Source: Auanema rhodensis (lineage: Eukaryota > Animalia > Nematoda). Taken from it: a stretch of 64,000 nt of DNA. This document shows positions 26,069-39,757 of this stretch, one piece after another. A program made the translations under genes and the position numbers. Location of the stretch: positions 930,001 through 994,000 of the forward strand of contig OZ059897.1 in assembly GCA_964057225.1 (NCBI GenBank), given 5' to 3'. Position 1 is the stretch's first letter; every line of letters starts with the position of its first letter. The notes under the pieces are model-generated. The model worked only from the letters and a program-made list of their open reading frames with translations, searched no databases and was not told where the DNA came from.

Positions 26069-27121
26069 GTGGACTTATATCAGTTGATATCTCGGTGCAT
26101 TTTTAAGCTAGCGCAAATCTAATAACACAGATCGACGCAGCTTAAAAATCCGCATCGAATGCACTATACTACATTGAGAAACGCTCAATACAAAAATTAT
26201 TTATGATTGTTTGAAAAATGATGCATTAGTGTATGTTGCGTTTCCATGTACACTCAACATTGCTTCCAAAAACATTTTGACAAAAATTTTCCCGAAAAAT
26301 TTCAAGATAATTTTACAAAAAGTAGATGTTTTTAGATTCCTTTTTTTAAGGCAAAGACGATGGACAATGTTATTCAACGAAAAAATTAATTCTTCAGGGT
26401 GAAAATCGAGGATATAAGTGTGGACTTATATCAGTTGATATCTCGGTGCATTTTTAAGCTAGCGCAAATCTAATAACACAGATCGACGCAGCTCAAAAAT
26501 CCGCATCGAATGCACTATACTACATTGAGAAACGCTCAATACAAAAATTATTTATGATTGTTTGAAAAAAGATGCATTAGTGTATGTTGAGTTTCCATGT
26601 ACACTCAACATTGCTTCCAAAAACATTTTGACAAAAATTTTCCCGAAAAATTTCAAGATAATTTTACAAAAAGTAGATGTTTTTGAATTTCTTTTTTTAA
26701 GGCGAAAACGATGGACAATGTTATTCAACGAAAAAATTAATTCTTCAGGGTGAAAATCGAGGATATAAGTGTGAACTTATATCAATTGATATCTCGGTGC
26801 ATTTTTAAGCTAACTCAAATCTGATAACACAGATCGACGCAGCTTAAAAATCCGCTTCGAATGCACTATACTACATTGAGAAACGCTCAATACAAAAATT
26901 ATTTATGATTGTTTGAAAAATGATGCATTAGTGTATGTTGCGTTTCCATGTACACTCAACATTGCTTCCAAAAACATTTTGACAAAAATTTTCCCGAAAA
27001 ATTTCAAGATAATTTTACAAAAAGTAGATGTTTTTAGATTTCTTTTTTTAAGGCAAAGACGATGGACAATGTTATTCAACGAAAAAATTAATTCTTCAGG
27101 GTGAAAATCGAGGATATAAGT

Positions 27122-30100
27122 GTGAACTTATATCAGTTAATATCTCGGTGCATTTTTAAGCTAACTCAAATCTAATAACACAGATCGACGCAGCTTAAAA
27201 ATCCGCATCGAATGCACTATATAACATTGAGAAACGCTCAATACAAAAATTATTTATGATTGTTTGAAAAATGATGCATTAGTGTATGTTGAGTTTCCAT
27301 GTACACTCAACATTGCTTCCAAAAACATTTTGACAAAAATTTTCCTGAAAAATTTCAAGATAATTTTACAGAAAGTAAATGTTTTTAGATTCCTTTTTTT
27401 AAGGCGAAGACGATGGACAATGTTATTCAACGAAAAAATTAATTCTTCAGGGTGAAAATCGAGGATATAAGTGTGAACTTATATCAGTTGATATCTCGGT
27501 GCATATTTAAGCTAGCGCAAATCTAATAACACAGATCGACGCAGCTTAAAAATCCGCATCGAATGCACTATATAACATTGAGAAACACTCAATACAAAAA
27601 TTATTTATGATTGTTTGAAAAATGATGCATTAGTGTATGTTGCGTTTCCATGTACACTCAACATTGCTTCCAAAAACATTTTGACAAAAATTTTCCCGAA
27701 AAATTTCAAGATAATTTTACAAAAAGTAGATGTTTTTAGATTTCTTTTTTTAAGGCAAAGACGATGGACAATGTTATTCAACGAAAAAATTAATTCTTCA
27801 GGGTGAAAATCGAGGATATAAGTGTGAACTTATATCAGTTAATATCTCGGTGCATTTTTAAGCTAACTCAAATCTAATAACACAGATCGACGCAGCTTAA
27901 AAATCCGCATCGAATGCACTATATAACATTGAGAAACGCTCAATACAAAAATTATTTATGATTGTTTGAAAAATGATGCATTAGTGTATGTTGAGTTTCC
28001 ATGTACACTCAACATTGCTTCCAAAAACATTTTGACAAAAATTTTCCCGAAAAATTTCAAGATAATTTTACAAAAAGTAGATGTTTTTAGATTTCTTTTT
28101 TTAAGGCAAAGACGATGGACAATGTTATTCAACGAAAAAATTAATTCTTCAGGGTGAAAATCGAGGATATAAGTGTGAACTTATATCAATTGATATCTCG
28201 GTGCATTTTTAAGCTAACTCAAATCTGATAACACAGATCGACGCAGCTTAAAAATCCGTTTCGAATGCACTATACTACATTGAGAAACGCTCAATACAAA
28301 AATTATTTATGATTGTTTAAAAAATTATGCATTAGTGTATGTTGAGTTTCCATGTACACTCAACATTGCTTCCAAAAACATTTTGACAAAAATTTTCCTG
28401 AAAAATTTCAAGATAATTTTACAGAAAGTAAATGTTTTTAGATTCCTTTTTTTAAGGCGAAGACGATGGACAATGTTATTCAACGAAAAAATTAATTCTT
28501 CAGGGTGAAAATCGAGGATATAAGTGTGAACTTATATCAGTTGATATCTCGGTGCACTTTTAAGCTAACTCAAATCTGATAACACAGATCGACGCAGCTT
28601 AAAAATCCGCATCGAATGCACTATACTACATGGATAAACGCTCAATACAACAATTATTTATGATTGTTTGAAAAAAGATGCATTAGTGTATGTTGAGTTT
28701 CCATGTACACTCAACATTGCTTCCAAAAACATTTTGACAAAAATTTTCCCGAAAAATTTCAAGATAATTTTACAAAAAGTAGATGTTTTTGAATTTCTTT
28801 TTTTAAGGCGAAAACGATGGACAATGTTATTCAACGAAAAAATTAATTCTTCAGGGTGAAAATCGAGGATATAAGTGTGAACTTATATCAATTGATATCT
28901 CGGTGCATTTTTAAGCTAACTCAAATCTGATAACACAGATCGACGCAGCTTAAAAATCCGTTTCGAATGCACTATACTACATTGAGAAACGCTCAATACA
29001 AAAATTATTTATGATTGTTTGAAAAATGATGCATTAGTGTATGTTGCGTTTCCATGTACACTCAACATTGCTTCCAAAAACATTTTGACAAAAATTTTCC
29101 CGAAAAATTTCAAGATAATTTTACAAAAAGTAGATGTTTTTAGATTTCTTTTTTTAAGGCAAAGACGATGGACAATGTTATTCAACGAAAAAATTAATTC
29201 TTCAGGGTGAAAATCGAGGATATAAGTGTGAACTTATATCAGTTAATATCTCGGTGCATTTTTAAGCTAACTCAAATCTAATAACACAGATCGACGCAGC
29301 TTAAAAATCCGCATCGAATGCACTATATAACATTGAGAAACGCTCAATACAAAAATTATTTATGATTGTTTGAAAAATGATGCATTAGTGTATGTTGAGT
29401 TTCCATGTACACTCAACATTGCTTCCAAAAACATTTTGACAAAAATTTTCCCGAAAAATTTCAAGATAATTTTACAAAAAGTAGATGTTTTTAGATTTCT
29501 TTTTTTAAGTCAAAGACGATGGACAATGTTATTCAACGAAAAAATTAATTCTTCAGGGTGAAAATCGAGGATATAAGTGTGAACTTATATCAATTGATAT
29601 CTCGGTGCATTTTTAAGCTAACTCAAATCTGATAACACAGATCGACGCAGCTTAAAAATCCGTTTCGAATGCACTATACTACATTGAGAAACGCTCAATA
29701 CAAAAATTATTTATGATTGTTTAAAAAATTATGCATTAGTGTATGTTGAGTTTCCATGTACACTCAACATTGCTTCCAAAAACATTTTGACAAAAATTTT
29801 CCTGAAAAATTTCAAGATAATTTTACAGAAAGTAAATGTTTTTAGATTCCTTTTTTTAAGGCGAAGACGATGGACAATGTTATTCAACGAAAAAATTAAT
29901 TCTTCAGGGTGAAAATCGAGGATATAAGTGTGAACTTATATCAGTTGATATCTCGGTGCATATTTAAGCTAGCGCAAATCTAATAACACAGATCGACGCA
30001 GCTTAAAAATCCGCATCGAATGCACTATATAACATTGAGAAACACTCAATACAAAAATTATTTATGATTGTTTGAAAAATGATGCATTAGTGTATGTTGC

Positions 30101-31333
30101 GTTTCCATGTACACTCAACATTGCTTCCAAAAACATTTTGACAAAAATTTTCCCGAAAAATTTCAAGATAATTTTACAAAAAGTAGATGTTTTTAGATTT
30201 CTTTTTTTAAGGCAAAGACGATGGACAATGTTATTCAACGAAAAAATTAATTCTTCAGGGTGAAAATCGAGGATATAAGTGTGAACTTATATCAGTTAAT
30301 ATCTCGGTGCATTTTTAAGCTAACTCAAATCTAATAACACAGATCGACGCAGCTTAAAAATCCGCATCGAATGCACTATATAACATTGAGAAACGCTCAA
30401 TACAAAAATTATTTATGATTGTTTGAAAAATGATGCATTAGTGTATGTTGAGTTTCCATGTACACTCAACATTGCTTCCAAAAACATTTTGACAAAAATT
30501 TTCCCGAAAAATTTCAAGATAATTTTACAAAAAGTAGATGTTTTTAGATTTCTTTTTTTAAGGCAAAGACGATGGACAATGTTATTCAACGAAAAAATTA
30601 ATTCTTCAGGGTGAAAATCGAGGATATAAGTGTGAACTTATATCAATTGATATCTCGGTGCATTTTTAAGCTAACTCAAATCTGATAACACAGATCGACG
30701 CAGCTTAAAAATCCGTTTCGAATGCACTATACTACATTGAGAAACGCTCAATACAAAAATTATTTATGATTGTTTAAAAAATTATGCATTAGTGTATGTT
30801 GAGTTTCCATGTACACTCAACATTGCTTCCAAAAACATTTTGACAAAAATTTTCCTGAAAAATTTCAAGATAATTTTACAGAAAGTAAATGTTTTTAGAT
30901 TCCTTTTTTTAAGGCGAAGACGATGGACAATGTTATTCAACGAAAAAATTAATTCTTCAGGGTGAAAATCGAGGATATAAGTGTGAACTTATATCAGTTG
31001 ATATCTCGGTGCATATTTAAGCTAGCGCAAATCTAATAACACAGATCGACGCAGCTTAAAAATCCGCATCGAATGCACTATATAACATTGAGAAACACTC
31101 AATACAAAAATTATTTATGATTGTTTGAAAAATGATGCATTAGTGTATGTTGCGTTTCCATGTACACTCAACATTGCTTCCAAAAACATTTTGACAAAAA
31201 TTTTCCCGAAAAATTTCAAGATAATTTTACAAAAAGTAGATGTTTTTAGATTTCTTTTTTTAAGGCAAAGACGATGGACAATGTTATTCAACGAAAAAAT
31301 TAATTCTTCAGGGTGAAAATCGAGGATATAAGT
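27122..31333 (+). repeat. Satellite B 3/4-mer higher-order repeats
   Basis: The monomer carrying TTCCTGAA plus GTAAATG recurs at ORF-equivalent positions 27264, 28317, 29721 and 30774 (spacings of 3, 4 and 3 monomers). Confidence 0.8.
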
Positions 31334-34300
31334 GTGAACTTATATCAGTTAATATCTCGGTGCATTTTTAAGCTAACTCAAATCTAATAACACAGATCGA
31401 CGCAGCTTAAAAATCCGCATCGAATGCACTATATAACATTGAGAAACGCTCAATACAAAAATTATTTATGATTGTTTGAAAAATGATGCATTAGTGTATG
31501 TTGAGTTTCCATGTACACTCAACATTGCTTCCAAAAACATTTTGACAAAAATTTTCCCGAAAAATTTCAAGATAATTTTACAAAAAGTAGATGTTTTTAG
31601 ATTTCTTTTTTTAAGGCAAAGACGATGGACAATGTTATTCAACGAAAAAATTATTTCTTCAGGGTGAAAATCGAGGATATAAGTGTGAACTTATATCAGT
31701 TGATATCTCGGTGCATTTTTAAGCTAGCGCAAATCTAATAACACAGATCGACGCAGCTTAAAAATCCGCTTCGAATGCACTATACTACATTGAGAAACGC
31801 TCAATACAAAAATTATTTATGATTGTTTGAAAAATGATGCATTAGTGTATGTTGCGTTTCCATGTACACTCAACATTGCTTCCAAAAACATTTTGACAAA
31901 AATTTTCCCGAAAAATTTCAAGATAATTTTACAAAAAGTAGATGTTTTTGAATTTCTTTTTTTAAGGCGAAGACGATGGACAATGCTATTCAACGAAAAA
32001 ATTAATTCTTCAGGGTGAAAATCGAGGATATAAGTGTGAACTTATATCAGTTGATATCTCGGTGCACTTTTAAGCTAACTCAAATCTGATAACACAGATC
32101 GACGCAGCTTAAAAATCCGCATCGAATGCACTATACTACATGGATAAACGCTCAATACAACAATTATTTATGATTGTTTGAAAAAAGATGCATTAGTGTA
32201 TGTTGAGTTTCCATGTACACTCAACATTGCTTCCAAAAACATTTTGACAAAAATTTTCCCGAAAAATTTCAAGATAATTTTACAAAAAGTAGATGTTTTT
32301 GAATTTCTTTTTTTAAGGCGAAAACGATGGACAATGTTATTCAACGAAAAAATTAATTCTTCAGGGTGAAAATCGAGGATATAAGTGTGAACTTATATCA
32401 ATTGATATCTCGGTGCATTTTTAAGCTAACTCAAATCTGATAACACAGATCGACGCAGCTTAAAAATCCGTTTCGAATGCACTATACTACATTGAGAAAC
32501 GCTCAATACAAAAATTATTTATGATTGTTTGAAAAATGATGCATTAGTGTATGTTGCGTTTCCATGTACACTCAACATTGCTTCCAAAAACATTTTGACA
32601 AAAATTTTCCCGAAAAATTTCAAGATAATTTTACAAAAAGTAGATGTTTTTGAATTTCTTTTATTAAGGCGAAAACGATGGACAATGTTATTCAACGAAA
32701 AAATTAATTCTTCAGGGTGAAAATCGAGGATATAAGTGTGGACTTATATCAGTTGATATCTCGGTGCATTTTTAAGCTAGCGCAAATCTAATAACACAGA
32801 TCGACGCAGCTTAAAAATCCGCTTCGAATGCACTATACGACATTGAGAAACGCTCAATACAAAAATTATTTATGATTGTTTGAAAAATGATGCATTAGTG
32901 TATGTTGCGTTTCCATGTACACTCAACATTGCTTCCAAAAACATTTTGACAAAAATTTTCCCGAAAAATTTCAAGATAATTTTACAAAAAGTAGATGTTT
33001 TTAGATTTCTTTTTTTAAGGCAAAGACGATGGACAATGTTATTCAACGAAAAAATTAATTCTTCAGGGTGAAAATCGAGGATATAAGTGTGAACTTATAT
33101 CAGTTAATATCTCGGTGCATTTTTAAGCTAACTCAAATCTAATAACACAGATCGACGCAGCTTAAAAATCCGCATCGAATGCACTATATAACATTGAGAA
33201 ACGCTCAATACAAAAATTATTTATGATTGTTTGAAAAATGATGCATTAGTGTATGTTGAGTTTCCATGTACACTCAACATTGCTTCCAAAAACATTTTGA
33301 CAAAAATTTTCCCGAAAAATTTCAAGATAATTTTACAAAAAGTAGATGTTTTTAGATTTCTTTTTTTAAGTCAAAGACGATGGACAATGTTATTCAACGA
33401 AAAAATTAATTCTTCAGGGTGAAAATCGAGGATATAAGTGTGAACTTATATCAGTTGATATCTCGGTGCATTTTTAAGCTAGCGCAAATCTAATAACACA
33501 GATCGACGCAGCTTAAAAATCCGCTTCGAATGCACTATACTACATTGAGAAACGCTCAATACAAAAATTATTTATGATTGTTTGAAAAATGATGCATCAG
33601 TGTATGTTGCGTTTCCATGTACACTCAACATTGCTTCCAAAAACATTTTGACAAAAATTTTCCCGAAAAATTTCAAGATAATTTTACAAAAAGTAGATGT
33701 TTTTGAATTTTTTTTTTTTAGGCGAAGACGATGGACAATGCTATTCAAAGAAAAAATTAATTCTTCAGGGTGAGAATCGAGGATATAAGTGTGAACTTAT
33801 ATCAGTTGATATCTCGGTGCACTTTTAAGCTAACTCAAATCTGATAACACAGATCGACGCAGCTTAAAAATCCGCATCGAATGCACTATACTACATGGAT
33901 AAACGCTCAATACAACAATTATTTATGATTGTTTGAAAAAAGATGCATTAGTGTATGTTGAGTTTCCATGTACACTCAACATTGCTTCCAAAAACATTTT
34001 GACAAAAATTTTCCCGAAAAATTTCAAGATAATTTTACAAAAAGTAGATGTTTTTGAATTTCTTTTTTTAAGGCGAAAACGATGGACAATGTTATTCAAC
34101 GAAAAAATTAATTCTTCAGGGTGAAAATCGAGGATATAAGTGTGAACTTATATCAATTGATATCTCGGTGCATTTTTAAGCTAACTCAAATCTGATAACA
34201 CAGATCGACGCAGCTTAAAAATCCGTTTCGAATGCACTATACTACATTGAGAAACGCTCAATACAAAAATTATTTATGATTGTTTGAAAAAAGATGCATT

Positions 34301-37300
34301 AGTGTATGTTGAGTTTCCATGTACACTCAACATTGCTTCCAAAAACATTTTGACAAAAATTTTCCCGAAAAATTTCAAGATAATTTTACAAAAAGTAGAT
34401 GTTTTTGAATTTCTTTTTTTAAGGCGAAAACGATGGACAGTGTTATTCAACGAAAAAATTAATTCTTCAGGGTGAAAATCGAGGATATAAGTGTGGACTT
34501 ATATCAGTTGATATCTCGGTGCATTTTTAAGCTAGCGCAAATCTAATAACACAGATCGACGCAGCTCAAAAATCCGCATCGAATGCACTATACTACATTG
34601 AGAAACGCTCAATACAAAAATTATTTATGATTGTTTGAAAAAAGATGCATTAGTGTATGTTGAGTTTCCATGTACACTCAACATTGCTTCCAAAAACATT
34701 TTGACAAAAATTTTCCCGAAAAATTTCAAGATAATTTTACAAAAACTAGATGTTTTTAGATTCCTTTTTTTAAGGCGAAGACGATGGACAATGTTATTCA
34801 ACGAAAAAATTAATTCTTCAGGGTGAAAATCGAGGATATAAGTGTGAACTTATATCAGTTGATATCTCGGTGCATTTTTAAGCTAGCGCAAATCTAATAA
34901 CAAAGATCGACGCAGCTTAAAAATCCGTTTCGAATGCACTATACTACATTGAGAAACGCTCAATACAAAAATTATTTATGATTGTTTGAAAAAAGATGCA
35001 TTAGTGTATGTTGAGTTTCCATGTACACTCAACATTGCTTCCAAAAACATTTTGACAAAAATTTTCCCGAAAAATTTCAAGATAATTTTACAGAAAGTAA
35101 ATGTTTTTAGATTCCTTTTTTTAAGGCGAAGACGATGGACAATGTTATTCAACGAAAAAATTAATTCTTCAGGGTGAAAATCGAGGATATAAGTGTGAAC
35201 TTATATCAATTGATATCTCGGTGCATTTTTAAGCTAACTCAAATCTGATAACACAGATCGACGCAGCTTAAAAATCCGTTTCGAATGCACTATACTACAT
35301 TGAGAAACGCTCAATACAAAAATTATTTATGATTGTTTAAAAAATTATGCATTAGTGTATGTTGAGTTTCCATGTACACTCAACATTGCTTCCAAAAACA
35401 TTTTGACAAAAATTTTCCTGAAAAATTTCAAGATAATTTTACAGAAAGTAAATGTTTTTAGATTCCTTTTTTTAAGGCGAAGACGATGGACAATGTTATT
35501 CAACGAAAAAATTAATTCTTCAGGGTGAAAATCGAGGATATAAGTGTGAACTTATATCAGTTGATATCTCGGTGCATATTTAAGCTAGCGCAAATCTAAT
35601 AACACAGATCGACGCAGCTTAAAAATCCGCATCGAATGCACTATATAACATTGAGAAACACTCAATACAAAAATTATTTATGATTGTTTGAAAAATGATG
35701 CATTAGTGTATGTTGCGTTTCCATGTACACTCAACATTGCTTCCAAAAACATTTTGACAAAAATTTTCCCGAAAAATTTCAAGATAATTTTACAAAAAGT
35801 AGATGTTTTTAGATTTCTTTTTTTAAGGCAAAGACGATGGACAATGTTATTCAACGAAAAAATTAATTCTTCAGGGTGAAAATCGAGGATATAAGTGTGA
35901 ACTTATATCAGTTAATATCTCGGTGCATTTTTAAGCTAACTCAAATCTAATAACACAGATCGACGCAGCTTAAAAATCCGCATCGAATGCACTATATAAC
36001 ATTGAGAAACGCTCAATACAAAAATTATTTATGATTGTTTGAAAAATGATGCATTAGTGTATGTTGAGTTTCCATGTACACTCAACATTGCTTCCAAAAA
36101 CATTTTGACAAAAATTTTCCCGAAAAATTTCAAGATAATTTTACAAAAAGTAGATGTTTTTAGATTTCTTTTTTTAAGGCAAAGACGATGGACAATGTTA
36201 TTCAACGAAAAAATTATTTCTTCAGGGTGAAAATCGAGGATATAAGTGTGAACTTATATCAGTTGATATCTCGGTGCATTTTTAAGCTAGCGCAAATCTA
36301 ATAACACAGATCGACGCAGCTTAAAAATCCGCTTCGAATGCACTATACTACATTGAGAAACGCTCAATACAAAAATTATTTATGATTGTTTGAAAAATGA
36401 TGCATTAGTGTATGTTGCGTTTCCATGTACACTCAACATTGCTTCCAAAAACATTTTGACAAAAATTTTCCCGAAAAATTTCAAGATAATTTTACAAAAA
36501 GTAGATGTTTTTGAATTTCTTTTTTTAAGGCGAAGACGATGGACAATGCTATTCAACGAAAAAATTAATTCTTCAGGGTGAAAATCGAGGATATAAGTGT
36601 GAACTTATATCAGTTGATATCTCGGTGCACTTTTAAGCTAACTCAAATCTGATAACACAGATCGACGCAGCTTAAAAATCCGCATCGAATGCACTATACT
36701 ACATGGATAAACGCTCAATACAACAATTATTTATGATTGTTTGAAAAAAGATGCATTAGTGTATGTTGAGTTTCCATGTACACTCAACATTGCTTCCAAA
36801 AACATTTTGACAAAAATTTTCCCGAAAAATTTCAAGATAATTTTACAAAAAGTAGATGTTTTTGAATTTCTTTTTTTAAGGCGAAAACGATGGACAATGT
36901 TATTCAACGAAAAAATTAATTCTTCAGGGTGAAAATCGAGGATATAAGTGTGAACTTATATCAATTGATATCTCGGTGCATTTTTAAGCTAACTCAAATC
37001 TGATAACACAGATCGACGCAGCTTAAAAATCCGTTTCGAATGCACTATACTACATTGAGAAACGCTCAATACAAAAATTATTTATGATTGTTTGAAAAAT
37101 GATGCATTAGTGTATGTTGCGTTTCCATGTACACTCAACATTGCTTCCAAAAACATTTTGACAAAAATTTTCCCGAAAAATTTCAAGATAATTTTACAAA
37201 AAGTAGATGTTTTTGAATTTCTTTTATTAAGGCGAAAACGATGGACAATGTTATTCAACGAAAAAATTAATTCTTCAGGGTGAAAATCGAGGATATAAGT

Positions 37301-39757
37301 GTGGACTTATATCAGTTGATATCTCGGTGCATTTTTAAGCTAGCGCAAATCTAATAACACAGATCGACGCAGCTTAAAAATCCGCTTCGAATGCACTATA
37401 CGACATTGAGAAACGCTCAATACAAAAATTATTTATGATTGTTTGAAAAATGATGCATTAGTGTATGTTGCGTTTCCATGTACACTCAACATTGCTTCCA
37501 AAAACATTTTGACAAAAATTTTCCCGAAAAATTTCAAGATAATTTTACAAAAAGTAGATGTTTTTAGATTTCTTTTTTTAAGGCAAAGACGATGGACAAT
37601 GTTATTCAACGAAAAAATTAATTCTTCAGGGTGAAAATCGAGGATATAAGTGTGAACTTATATCAGTTAATATCTCGGTGCATTTTTAAGCTAACTCAAA
37701 TCTAATAACACAGATCGACGCAGCTTAAAAATCCGCATCGAATGCACTATATAACATTGAGAAACGCTCAATACAAAAATTATTTATGATTGTTTGAAAA
37801 ATGATGCATTAGTGTATGTTGAGTTTCCATGTACACTCAACATTGCTTCCAAAAACATTTTGACAAAAATTTTCCCGAAAAATTTCAAGATAATTTTACA
37901 AAAAGTAGATGTTTTTAGATTTCTTTTTTTAAGTCAAAGACGATGGACAATGTTATTCAACGAAAAAATTAATTCTTCAGGGTGAAAATCGAGGATATAA
38001 GTGTGAACTTATATCAGTTGATATCTCGGTGCATTTTTAAGCTAGCGCAAATCTAATAACACAGATCGACGCAGCTTAAAAATCCGCTTCGAATGCACTA
38101 TACTACATTGAGAAACGCTCAATACAAAAATTATTTATGATTGTTTGAAAAATGATGCATCAGTGTATGTTGCGTTTCCATGTACACTCAACATTGCTTC
38201 CAAAAACATTTTGACAAAAATTTTCCCGAAAAATTTCAAGATAATTTTACAAAAAGTAGATGTTTTTGAATTTTTTTTTTTTAGGCGAAGACGATGGACA
38301 ATGCTATTCAAAGAAAAAATTAATTCTTCAGGGTGAGAATCGAGGATATAAGTGTGAACTTATATCAGTTGATATCTCGGTGCACTTTTAAGCTAACTCA
38401 AATCTGATAACACAGATCGACGCAGCTTAAAAATCCGCATCGAATGCACTATACTACATGGATAAACGCTCAATACAACAATTATTTATGATTGTTTGAA
38501 AAAAGATGCATTAGTGTATGTTGAGTTTCCATGTACACTCAACATTGCTTCCAAAAACATTTTGACAAAAATTTTCCCGAAAAATTTCAAGATAATTTTA
38601 CAAAAAGTAGATGTTTTTGAATTTCTTTTTTTAAGGCGAAAACGATGGACAATGTTATTCAACGAAAAAATTAATTCTTCAGGGTGAAAATCGAGGATAT
38701 AAGTGTGAACTTATATCAATTGATATCTCGGTGCATTTTTAAGCTAACTCAAATCTGATAACACAGATCGACGCAGCTTAAAAATCCGTTTCGAATGCAC
38801 TATACTACATTGAGAAACGCTCAATACAAAAATTATTTATGATTGTTTGAAAAAAGATGCATTAGTGTATGTTGAGTTTCCATGTACACTCAACATTGCT
38901 TCCAAAAACATTTTGACAAAAATTTTCCCGAAAAATTTCAAGATAATTTTACAAAAAGTAGATGTTTTTGAATTTCTTTTTTTAAGGCGAAAACGATGGA
39001 CAGTGTTATTCAACGAAAAAATTAATTCTTCAGGGTGAAAATCGAGGATATAAGTGTGGACTTATATCAGTTGATATCTCGGTGCATTTTTAAGCTAGCG
39101 CAAATCTAATAACACAGATCGACGCAGCTCAAAAATCCGCATCGAATGCACTATACTACATTGAGAAACGCTCAATACAAAAATTATTTATGATTGTTTG
39201 AAAAAAGATGCATTAGTGTATGTTGAGTTTCCATGTACACTCAACATTGCTTCCAAAAACATTTTGACAAAAATTTTCCCGAAAAATTTCAAGATAATTT
39301 TACAAAAACTAGATGTTTTTAGATTCCTTTTTTTAAGGCGAAGACGATGGACAATGTTATTCAACGAAAAAATTAATTCTTCAGGGTGAAAATCGAGGAT
39401 ATAAGTGTGAACTTATATCAGTTGATATCTCGGTGCATTTTTAAGCTAGCGCAAATCTAATAACAAAGATCGACGCAGCTTAAAAATCCGTTTCGAATGC
39501 ACTATACTACATTGAGAAACGCTCAATACAAAAATTATTTATGATTGTTTGAAAAAAGATGCATTAGTGTATGTTGAGTTTCCATGTACACTCAACATTG
39601 CTTCCAAAAACATTTTGACAAAAATTTTCCCGAAAAATTTCAAGATAATTTTACAAAAACTAGATGTTTTTAGATTCCTTTTCTTAAGGCGAAGACGATG
39701 GACAATGCTATTCAACGAAAAAATTAATTCTTCAGGGTGAAAATCGAGGATATAAGT
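30632..39757 (+). repeat. Satellite B 13-mer HOR (4563 bp), two copies
   Basis: Rare variants recur exactly 4563 bp apart: IISSG 31476/36039, FLLLRRK 32529/37092, LSQ 33231/37794, DASV 33582/38145, WTVL 34284/38847. Confidence 0.92.

Noticed and set aside
26060-26112. Helitron 3' end (hairpin followed by CTAG)
   Set aside because: The hairpin is AT-rich and lies about 26 bp from the CTAG, many monomers lack this CTAG (CTAA allele), and no other Helitron features are visible.
26069-26419. Monomer B as a dimer of monomer A or of a ~175 bp unit, or as a tRNA/5S rDNA repeat
   Set aside because: The two halves do not align by eye, similarity to A is limited to short patches, and no cloverleaf, A/B box or 5S-like sequence is recognisable.
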